Shown here: one piece after another, positions 25,701-37,700 of the stretch
How the letters are laid out: each line of letters starts with the position of its first letter
Position numbering within the stretch: position 1 is the stretch's first letter
Origin: Ascidiella aspersa
Lineage: Eukaryota
DNA: 64,000 nucleotides
Direction: 5' to 3'
NCBI GenBank assembly: GCA_963924565.1
Contig: OZ004608.1
Span: 1,178,001 to 1,242,000, forward strand
The notes under the pieces: generated by a model
What the model was told of the DNA's origin: nothing
The model's input: only the letters and a program-made list of their open reading frames with translations
Databases searched by the model: none
Translations under genes and position numbers: made by a program

Positions 25701-28700
25701 AATAAATATAGTTAAGTGACTGACCAGACTTTTCTTCTAATTAAACGATTTCAAATAACGTTGTACAATAGCAGCTGTTGTATTTTATCTTTTGCAATAA
25801 TTGGTGTTTTTTAATTTCTTGTGTATTAAACCACAGGTGTTTGGCAGCACTCCTAGTTGGTTGTAAAGGTTGCTTAAAATCAGTTATTTAAAAGTTTATG
25901 CTCTAAACTTTTTTTGGCAAAAGGTTGTTTTGTTGTTTCTGGTACGAAATGCATCAATCCTACAGTTTTGGTCCTTGTGAAGACTTGCTCAATAAATTTC
26001 CGTGTGCAGGATTTGCTTAAGTACACAACGCCCGATCACCCGGACTGCCTCCCTCTGCAACTTGCGCTCACGGAACTTGAGACGCTCGCTGAGCGACTGA
26101 ACCACCGCAAAGCAGAGGACGAGGATGCAGCTGACCTGAGGAACTTGGTGGAGAACAGCAACCTTAAGCTGACTTCGCACACCAAGGATGGGAGGCTGAG
26201 GAAGCTGGTCAAGCAAGGTCGGTGGAACTGTAATTTGCATTGGAGGGACAGAAGCGTTGCTTTATTAGCATGCCTTAAAATTGGTTTATAAAATAACGTT
26301 ATGTTCATTTAGTTAGGATTTTAATGGATAATTGCTTTTAGTCTGAAAAGTTTTTCTTTTAATTACATAATGTGAACTTATGTGTTAGTTGTTGATGTTG
26401 ATTGCAGCCGAGGTTCGCGAGTGTGAACATAACGAGGAGAACTTGATCGAAAAGATGAAGGATTGTCTTCTTGTCCTCACCAACGATATGCTCATCTGCT
26501 GCTCCATAAACAACAGGTCAGACAACTATAACCTTGTCAATGCCAGGCAATAACAAATACGTTATCCACTAAATTTACTACACGCTCCCGTTATATTCCT
26601 ATATGCTTAAACTAATTATCACAGACGCAAAAACTATTCTTTTGTGAATTACAACCAAACATTATCACAACTTATGCTTTACATCTCGTAATTTTAGCTT
26701 GAACTGACACAGCTTTTACCCGTAACACGGCTTTTCAGTAACCTTTAACCCAATCAAAGCTATTTGTGACGGATACCCTACTATGACCTCTAGTAACCTT
26801 TAACCTTACCTAGTGCAAGGGCGCACAATTGTTAGCTACTAACGGCCGCAATAGCATTTGTTTAGTGCCGGATATCTTACTATGAACTGTAGTAGCATTA
26901 AACCTCATTGTGACCTTTAGTAACCGCTAACCCAACCTTGACCTCTAGTAACCTGTTACCCACAGTAGATTCTGATAGCCCCACAGTGGCCTTTGATAAC
27001 CTTTAACCCGACCGTGACCTGTAGTGCCATTGTGGCGGATGAGGAGAGAAAACCTTCAGTTCTTCGATCGCTTTCGACTGGTTCTATTTACGGGACTCTG
27101 CACACGACTGTGCGCCAACTATCACTAACTTGGAGGTGTATCTGTGTTCTGTGTGTGCCTGGCTTGCGTGTGCTGCATGTTGTCCGTAATGGTGCCCCTG
27201 TGCTCAACAACTCATACTACACTCATACTTAGTATGCGGAGTAACTTGCAGATATCGTACCTGCTTGAAAGAAACATTAATTCAGCCACTTGAAGTTGTG
27301 CTTCGCATTGTTGTATCAGCCATTACATTGCTCTTCAATGTTTTCTCATTCAACACATGCATCACAGTTTCCCTTCAAAGTGCATTTCTAGATGATAAAT
27401 ATTGCCCCATTCACTTTTTTTAAAATACGCGATGTTTTATATCCGCTCAGTGTCGGAGACTCAGTTTTGGTGGCATGGACACTGGATAGTTTATAGATTT
27501 GTTAAACTTGGGGACGAGGTTGTAGGAATTTTATGCAAGAAAGTGTAACCTGAGCTGGCACTCGTTAATTGTTGATGAATAAGCGGTTTGTTGGTGTTTT
27601 GGGCGAGTCGGTGTCTGTTGCTTGAAAGCTAAATTGACATTTCGGCAAACTTCAAAAACCAATAATGTAGTAAATGGTTCAACTAGTGTTTGTGTTTTTA
27701 GTAATGGCTGATGCAAGTTTTAGTAATATTGAATCAGGCAACATACTTGGTTAAACTTGGTGGATTTAAGTGCGAAAAACTTTCTGAAATTTAATTTTTT
27801 TATTTGGAAAATGTAATATACAATATACAAGTACCTTGTATACAAGTTATCAGCTGTGTGATGTTCAGGCGTCCGTACCAGCGCAGCGCGTCAGCCACCA
27901 GCAAGGATATGTACAAGATGAAGTGGAGGGTCGGACTCGACGTGGTTGAGGTCATCGACGGATCGCTTCGACCTTCGGGCATCGAGGAGAGGGAGACGCT
28001 ACACGCCGACTTCATTGCATTACAGCAGATAAGTAAGTGCTGGGAATAGCTCATCGATTGTGGTACTATGCAAGTCTATAGACTCCGTGCAATTCGCAAA
28101 TACTGACATACCCCAAGGTATCACTAAATAAGGCTGAGAAATAGTTTATGTATGTAAAGTAATTTTCAACCAATAAATACAAAACTTCTATTTTAGGTTT
28201 TCTTTTGTGTATGTTTTAATGTTTTTATCTTAACTTGATTTTTACACTGATGATGGCTTGAGGTATTGCCTAAACTTTGTAAACAACGAAATGTCGATTG
28301 TATCGAATATAATGGCTCTAGTAATGTATTATTATTAAAATTCTGTTTTAGGTTTTTTAAGTTATACAGTATTTTATTTTCTTAAAAATACAAATGTGAT
28401 TTAAATATTTTATTCTGGAAGTCAAAATTGTTGCGTGTCAGTACATTAGGTTGGGCATCAGCAATGTTAAAGGACCTCCTGCAAATATTAACCAGTGTTG
28501 TGACCCACAGGTAAGTTGGTTGGCCAGCTGCAGATGCAACACGAAGGAATATCAACGCAGGTTGTGGAGAAGTGCCTGACCAACATTGGAACCAAGATAC
28601 GACAAGCAGAACAACTCGCCAGCCAACCTGAGAACGCTTCCTTCACCGTCAGGTTCCCTGGAAAGTAAGTTGAACAAGGATGTTACTCACTGGGGAAAAC

Positions 28701-31700
28701 TAAATATGTTGATTACATGGAGATTGAGCCTGACTGGATGTGTTACTTTGGTGTGTAATGTCACGGCTAGTTGGGCCAAAATTAGAGTGTGTTTGTTAAG
28801 TCAGTTAATTGCTACATTACATTCATTTTTCTAGAAATTTCGGCTTCGTTAAAAATCTATTAGCAATCCGAAAAGCATGTTAAAACGAACGGGTTCAACC
28901 AAATAATCTGCTCATGGTAGATAAATAATCCGTTGTTTATTTCGTCACAGGTCTGACATTGTTACCCGAACACTGGTGTCCACTTATGCGTCACAAAAGG
29001 ATGAATGGCTTGAAGCGGTCACGAGAGCTAAACTGGCGCATTGTAAGTACCTGCTCGTGCACTGAACCATGTTTACGTTGTATTAAATGATGTTTACGTC
29101 ACAGCCCCAGCCAACATCGGCGCTTGGTTCAGTGCTGACATGACAAGCACCGGTAGCGACTGGAAATCCCCTCTCTTCCTGCGAAGTCTATCCGCTCACC
29201 TATCCTACGAGACACTGCAGGTCGGTCAAGGTCAAATATTTTTGGTCAAGGTCACAGTAGTAGCGTGTATCGTCACGTTGTGACACACATTTTGCGAGAT
29301 TACTTACTAGAATTACTCCTGGCTTAATTTATTACGTTGTTCTGACTTGGATTGTCCGATAACATCGGTTGGCGGCCGATACAGATAAAAAGTTGCACCA
29401 AGTAGTGATTATTTCAGATATTGTTTGTGATCGAGAATTTGTTTAAGTTCATTTTCTTACATAATAACAAATTGAATATCGAAGGTAACTATACTTTAAG
29501 TGATAAAGCAAGTTTAGCTTTATAACCCGAAAAATTATTATACATAAATTTTACTTATTTGACCATAGAAATGACGTCGTTTGGTACCGGTTATAGATTT
29601 GCATAAAGTATCGATATTGCAAGACTTCTGACGTTACAATGCATTGGTTCAGGTCCAGTGCGCACACGCCTTCATGTCAGCAGGTCACGTGACACTGCTG
29701 TGGCTTTCTTGCGCGGCGAGCACTGTCCAGTCCATTGTTAGCGTCTATTACATCACAGAGGACCGCGTCGAGAAAGTACACGTCATGCAGGTTTGTGGAT
29801 ATTGTTCACGTCTGTGGATACCATGTTCATTGCATTCAACTAAAGATTGATCGGGTTAGAAATCAACTAGTTAAAGGTTTATTCACCAAGTGCCGTAAAA
29901 TACTTTGTTACTGAAAATAACACGCTATGATGAAATCATCAGTTGAGAGCTGGACTCGGGACTCGACGAAATCTTACATTTGGCCGGAGTCGGACTCGGG
30001 TTATTTTTAACCGAGTCCGCAGCCCTGTTTACTAGTAAGTTGTCTCAATGTGCGCAGGTCGACAGCTCGGTGGAATGCATGCAACACTGGAACCCCAACA
30101 ATGACCCACACTCAATATGGCTCGGGATGGGATCGGCAAGGTGGGTGGGCGATGTTAAGGACATTGTACGCATGCTGTGCAATGCGAATAAACAATCATT
30201 TTCCCAACGTTATCCAATCTATTGATAAAACTACAAATCCCGTTTATTGGCATGGCAAAAACTGCACAATATTTAAACGGGTGATCCTATTACTTTTCTA
30301 TTTACATTTTTGGTTATTTGGCCAAAAGTTTATGCTTTCCTCTGTAAAAATACGTTTGTATTACAATAAACATTTACTCTCGGTGGGTATTTCTGTTTAG
30401 TTACTCTCGGTGGGTATTTCTGTTTAACTTGAAAGCTGAAATTCTATAAATAACATCGTAAATCTTATTTTGGCCTTATGAAGAACTGTTGTGCAAAAGC
30501 TTGTCAATTAAAATACAATTTGTCAACAGTGCCACTTGAATTCAAGCTTTTCAATAATAATAATTAGTTACATTTTTGTCTCGCCATTATTTTCAGCTAA
30601 CGTTTGGTTACATTTTTTCAGTCTCCTGGAATATTCAACTTCGAACGGAATGTATCGCAAAATGAACGACGTTCCCATGCCAACCATGTCGTCTGTGATG
30701 ATCATGGAAGCGAAAAACAACCATTTATATGTTGGTTTATTGGATGGTACACTAGCCACGTACACCAGACCCACAGGTAATAGCCAAAACAACCATTTAT
30801 ATGTTGGTTTATTTGATGGTACGTTAGCCACACACACCAGACCCACAGGTAATAGCCAAAACAACCATTTATATGTTGGTTTATTGGATGGTACACTAGC
30901 CACGTACACCAGACCAACAGGTAATAGCCAAAACAACCATTTATATGTTGGTTTATTGGATGGTACACTAGCCACGTACACCAGACCCACAGGTAATAGC
31001 CAAAACAACAATTTATATGTTGGTTTATTTGATGGCAGACTAGCCACGTACACCAGACCAACCGGTAATGACCAAAAACAACCATTTCTATGTTGGTTTA
31101 TTGGATGGTACACTAGCCACGTACACCAGACCCACAGGTAATAGCCAAAACAACCATTTATATGTTGGTTTATTTGATGGCAGACTAGCCACGTACACCA
31201 GACCAACCGGTAATGACCAAAAACAACCATTTCTATGTTGGTTTATTGGATGGTACACTAGCCACGTACACCAGACCCACAGGTAATAGCCAAAACAACC
31301 ATTTATATGTTGGTTTATTTGATGGCAGACTAGCCACGTACACCAGACCAACTGGTAATGACCAAAAACAACCATTTCTATGTTGGTTTATTGGATGGTA
31401 CACTAGCCACGTACACCAGACCCACAGGTAATAGCCAAAACAACCATTTATATGTTGGTTTATTTGATGGCAGACTAGCCACGTACACCAGACCAACCGG
31501 TAATGACCAAAAACAACCATTTGTATGTTGGTTTATTTGATGGTACGTTAGCCACACACACTAGGCCGACAGGTAATAGCCAAAACAACCATTTATATGT
31601 TGGTTTATTGGATGGTACACTAGCCACGTACACCAGACCAACAGGTAATAGCCAAAACAACCATTTATATGTTGGTTTATTGGATGGTACACTAGCCACG

Positions 31701-34700
31701 TACACCAGACCAACAGGTAATAGCCAAAACAACCATTTGTATGTTGGTTTATTTGATGGTACGTTAGCCACGTACACCAGACCAACAGGTAATAGCCAAA
31801 ACAACCATTTATATGTTGGTTTATTGGATGGTACACTAGCCACGTACACCAGACCAACAGGTAATAGCCAAAACAACCATTTGTATGTTGGTTTATTTGA
31901 TGGTACGTTAGCCACACACACTAGGCCGACAGGTAATAACCAAAACAACCATTTATATGTTGGTTTATTGGATGGTACACTAGACCATTTTTTTGTTTTT
32001 TTAGGAACAACTGATCTTTACCACGTTGCATCAATCGTTGTGAGGACTGGTCCCCTAAAGTGTCTTTCTCCCCTGGGGGACAAACTCTGGGGGTGTTCGG
32101 GAAATAGTGTCGTCACAATAGACGTCGCAACCTTTCAAGAGGAAAGGTGACTTTCCTAAAATTAATATTCTAAATATTTTTAACTTTTCTTCGTTTCTCT
32201 TATGATAAACCTTGCTAAGATTTCAATATAATTTGTCGTTATATAGTGCCACCTGAATAAATTTTTAAGTGTTCTATAAACGCATACATTTCCTAATCAC
32301 CCACCCCTACACTTCCCCCAGTTCCCGTTCGCTGGTGCTTGAGGGCGAGGACCTCGTGGTGAACCTTGTGACGCAGATCGGCAACGGATTGTGGGTGAAC
32401 TTCAGGGAGGAATGCAGTCTCTTCCTCTACCACATCGACTCACTTGATCGTCTGCAGGAGATGAACCTGGCCAGGGCGGTTAGAGATTTCGTGCAAGGTT
32501 TATAAAAAATAAAAGTGTTAACGTTGTTCCTATTGGAGAACGACGACATGTTGCTCCATGCATGCTTTTTGTACTTCAAAAGTATTTTAATAGAAACAGG
32601 AAAAAAGTGTTAAACTTGTTTCTACACAACATTAGGCCGTTTATGTAACTATTGAATTTAACTACTATTGAAGTGTAAATCACATGACATAAAATCTCTG
32701 CCAGATAATGAGCAGCGAACTGCAACTATTATTCTTTACGTCTTTTTAACCTTATTTTAACCAAAAAATTTAATGATACAATCAAAATGTTTTATCATTT
32801 AAAGCAAATTCCCACGCTTTCAAGATCGAATCTCACCCAAGCACACTCTCTTCATGGGCGATCGTTAAATAGTTGAACATGTTATTTCTTAACTATTGTT
32901 GTTTGGTTGTTCTAGGTCTGGAACCTCACGAGCAGATAAGCGAGCATTGTTACGTCACAAGCCTTTGTAGTGGTCACAGTCAGTTGTTTGTTGGCACTAG
33001 CAACGGTTTGATGCTGATCATGCCCCTCCCAAAACTACCGGGATCCGTCCCCAAGATCACAGGCAAGTTGCTCATATTTCATCCCACAAAATAAAGTCAA
33101 CTTTTATCGGGATTTATCATTGAAATAATAAGAAAGTTTTCTATGAAAGTGATTATTTTTATGTTACGGTCGCAAAAATTTTACTTTGTCTGAACTATGG
33201 TGTGCTGAAAAAAAAGCCTACAGCTTAGCAACGCTCTCTAAGCTTTAGTAACTTGCGCAATTAATGGGAAAAGGAATTTGTGGATGACCCTCGACTTTGC
33301 TGTCAAATAATAACTGTATGAGTTGTTGCATTTCATTTGAGAAGTAAAAGTTATTCAAACTGTGAAAAATATAACTTGAAGGGCAAATTAAAATAGGGGA
33401 CAAGAAGCGTGGAAATAAATATTTCAACACAAAACTGAAACGAAACCATTTTTTTTGAGCTGTTTCTATCCCTATGATGTTATTCCAACCCCCCTGTTAT
33501 ACCGAGTAATTCCTCACTGTGTGGGAATTCTCAGGTTCTTACCCTCGTTTTTATTCCAGGCCCGATAAAGATCAGTCGTCACTCGCTCCTTGGACCCCTC
33601 ACCTTCCTCTTCGCGCCCTCCCTCCCTTTGTTACACCATAGTGACGTCACAGAGGACGAGCCGGAAGAGGTGTTCGACGCGGATTCCCCTCCTCCCCTCC
33701 CCGAGCGAGACGACCTCGACAAAACGATTGTTGACGAAACAAACGAAGATAATGACCAGTACATCAACATACGCGAGAAGGCGGCCAGTCCCAGGGGTGT
33801 CAGCTGCCCCAAAAGTCCCCCGATACCCCCCAGACCAGGGGCGCTACCTCTTAATGACGTCAGTAGTGCGTCATGCGAGAAATTGCCTGAAGACCGAACG
33901 GTTTATGAGAACATGACGCTTCAGTCGATCGAAAGCCCCAGGAAGGTTTGTACTTGTGTACAGTAGTTGCCGTTCATTGTGTGTGTAGTGTACAGCAGTT
34001 GCTAGTTATTGTGTGTGTAGTGTACAGCAGTTGCTAGTCATTGTATGTTTAGTCGTTGCAGCAGTTGCTAGTCATTGTATGTTTAGTCGTTGCACCAGCT
34101 GCTAGTTATTGTGTGTGTAGTGTACAGCAGTTGCTAGTTATTGTGTGTGTAGTCGTTACAGCAGTTGCTAGTTATAGTGTGTGTAGTGTACAGCAGTTGT
34201 TAGTTATTGTGTGTGTAGTCGTTACAGCAGTTGCTAGTTATTGTGTGTGTAGTCGTTACAGCAGTTGCTAGTTATTGTGTGTGTAGTCGTTACAGCAGTT
34301 GCTAGTTATTGTGTGTGTAGTCGTTACAGGAGTTGCTAGTTATTGTGTGTGTAGTCGTTACAACAGTTGCTAGTTATTGTGCGTGTAGTCGTTACAACAG
34401 TTGCTAGTTATTGTGCGTGTAGTCGTTAAAGCAGTTGCTAGTTATTGTGTGTGTAGTGTACAGTAGTTGCTAGTCATTGCATGTTTAGTCGTTGCAGCAG
34501 TTGCTAGTTATTGTGCGTGTAGTCGTTAAAGCAGTTGCTAGTTATTGTGTGTGTAGTGTACAGTAGTTGCTAGTCATTGTATGTTTGGTCGTTGCAGCAG
34601 TTGCTAGTTATTGTGTGTGTAGTCGTTACAGCAGTTGCTAGTTATTGTGTGTGTAGTGTACAGCAGTTGCTAGTCATTGTATGTTTAGTCGTTGCACCAG

Positions 34701-37700
34701 CTGCTAGTTATTGTGTGTGTAGTGTACAGCAGTTGCTAGTTATTGTGTGTGTAGTCGTTACAGCAGTTGCTGGTTATTGTGTGTGTAGTCGTTACAGCAG
34801 TTCCTAGTTATAGTGTGTGGTGTACAGCAGTTGCTAGTCATTGTATGTTTAGTCGTTGCAGCAGTTGCTAGTCATTGTATGTTTAGTCGTTGCACCAGCT
34901 GCTAGTTATTGTGTGTGTAGTGTACAGCAGTTGCTAGTTATTGTGTGTGTGTAGTCGTTACAGCAGTTCCTAGTTATAGTGTGTGGTGTACAGCAGTTGC
35001 TAGTTATAGTGTGTGTAGTGTACAGCAGTTGTTAGTTATTGTGTGTGTAGTCGTTACAGCAGTTGCTAGTTATTGTGTGTGTAGTCGTTACAGCAGTTGC
35101 TAGTTATTGTGTGTGTAGTCGTTACAGCAGTTGCTAGTTATTGTGTGTGTAGTCGTTACAGCAGTTGCTAGTTATTGTGTGTGTGTAGTCGTTACAGCAG
35201 TTGCTAGTTATTGTGTGTGTAGTCGTTACAGGAGTTGCTAGTTATTGTGTGTGTAGTCGTTACAGGAGTTGCTAGTTATTGTGTGTGTAGTGTACAGCAG
35301 TTGCTAGTTATTGTGTGTGTAGTCGTTACAGCAGTTGCTAGTTATTGTGTGTGTAGTCGTTACAGCAGTTCCTAGTTATAGTGTGTGGTGTACAGCAGTT
35401 GCTAGTCATTGTATGTTTAGTCGTTGCAGCAGTTGCTAGTCATTGTATGTTTAGTCGTTGCACCAGCTGCTAGTTATTGTGTGTGTAGTGTACAGCAGTT
35501 GCTAGTTATTGTGTGTGTAGTCGTTACAGCAGTTCCTAGTTATAGTGTGTGGTGTACAGCAGTTGCTAGTTATAGTGTGTGTAGTGTACAGCAGTTGTTA
35601 GTTATTGTGTGTGTAGTCGTTACAGCAGTTGCTAGTTATTGTGTGTGTAGTCGTTACAGCAGTTGCTAGTTATTGTGTGTGTAGTCGTTACAGCAGTTGC
35701 TAGTTATTGTGTGTGTAGTCGTTACAGGAGTTGCTAGTTATTGTGTGTGTAGTCGTTACAGGAGTTGCTAGTTATTGTGTGTGTAGTGTACAGCAGTTGC
35801 TAGTTATTGTGTGTGTAGTCGTTACAGCAGTTGCTAGTTATTGTGTGTGTAGTCGTTACAGCAGTTCCTAGTTATAGTGTGTGGTGTACAGCAGTTGCTA
35901 GTCATTGTATGTTTAGTCGTTGCAGCAGTTGCTAGTCATTGTATGTTTAGTCGTTGCACCAGCTGCTAGTTATTGTGTGTGTAGTGTACAGCAGTTGCTA
36001 GTTATTGTGTGTGTAGTCGTTACAGCAGTTCCTAGTTATAGTGTGTGGTGTACAGCAGTTGCTAGTTATAGTGTGTGTAGTGTACAGCAGTTGTTAGTTA
36101 TTGTGTATGTAGTCGTTACAGCAGTTGCTAGTTATTGTGTGTGTAGTCGTTACAGCAGTTGCTAGTTATTGTGTGTGTAGTCGTTACAGCAGTTGCTAGT
36201 TATTGTGTGTGTAGTCGTTACAGGAGTTGCTAGTTATTGTGTGTGTAGTCGTTACAGGAGTTGCTAGTTATTGTGTGTGTAGTCGTTACAACAGTTGCTA
36301 GTTATTGTGCGTGTAGTCGTTAAAGCAGTTGCTAGTTATTGTGTGTGTAGTGTACAGTAGTTGCTAGTCATTGTATGTTTAGTCGTTGCAGCAGTTGCTA
36401 GTTATTGTGCGTGTAGTCGTTAAAGCAGTTGCTAGTTATTGTGTGTGTAGTGTACAGTAGTTGCTAGTCATTGTATGTTTGGTCGTTGCAGCAGTTGCTA
36501 GTTATTGTGTGTGTAGTCGTTACAGCAGTTGCTAGTTATTGTGTGTGTAGTGTACAGCAGTTGCTAGTTATTGTGTGTGTAGTCGTTACAGCAGTTGCTA
36601 GTTATTGTGTGTATAGTGTACCGCAGTTGCTAGTTATATTGTGTGAAGTGTACAGCAGTTGCTAGTTATTGTGTGTGTAGTCGTTACAGCAGTTGCTAGT
36701 TATTGTGTGTGTGATCGTTGCAGCAGTTGCTAGTTATTGTGTGTGTAGTCGTTACAGCAGTTGCTAGTTATTGTGTGTGTAGTCGTTACAGCAGTTCCTA
36801 GTTATAGTGTGTGGTGTACAGCAGTTGCTAGTCATTGTATGTTTAGTCGTTGCAGCAGTTGCTAGTCATTGTATGTTTAGTCGTTGCACCAGCTGCTAGT
36901 TATTGTGTGTGTAGTCGTTACAGCAGTTGCTAGTTATTGTGTGTGTAGTCGTTACAGCAGTTCCTAGTTATAGTGTGTGGTGTACAGCAGTTGCTAGTTA
37001 TAGTGTGTGTAGTGTACAGCAGTTGTTAGTTATTGTGTATGTAGTCGTTACAGCAGTTGCTAGTTATTGTGTGTGTAGTCGTTACAGCAGTTGCTAGTTA
37101 TTGTGTGTGTAGTCGTTACAGCAGTTGCTAGTTATTGTGTGTGTAGTCGTTACAGGAGTTGCTAGTTATTGTGTGTGTAGTCGTTACAGGAGTTGCTAGT
37201 TATTGTGTGTGTAGTCGTTACAACAGTTGCTAGTTATTGTGCGTGTAGTCGTTAAAGCAGTTGCTAGTTATTGTGTGTGTAGTGTACAGTAGTTGCTAGT
37301 CATTGTATGTTTAGTCGTTGCAGCAGTTGCTAGTTATTGTGCGTGTAGTCGTTAAAGCAGTTTCTAGTTATTGTGTGTGTAGTGTACAGTAGTTGCTAGT
37401 CATTGTATGTTTGGTCGTTGCAGCAGTTGCTAGTTATTGTGTGTGTAGTCGTTACAGCAGTTGCTAGTTATTGTGTGTGTAGTGTACAGCAGTTGCTAGT
37501 TATTGTGTGTGTAGTCGTTACAGCAGTTGCTAGTTATTGTGTGTATAGTGTACCGCAGTTGCTAGTTATATTGTGTGAAGTGTACAGCAGTTGCTAGTTA
37601 TTGTGTGTGTAGTCGTTACAGCAGTTGCTAGTTATTGTGTGTGTGATCGTTGCAGCAGTTGCTAGTTATTGTATGTGTAGTCGTTGCAACAGTTGCTAGT

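Noticed and set aside
30568-31948. Minus-strand repeat ORFs ([11 protein letters not shown]..., HQINQHING...)
   Set aside because: Antisense readings of the 72-bp array, with no independent evidence of coding.
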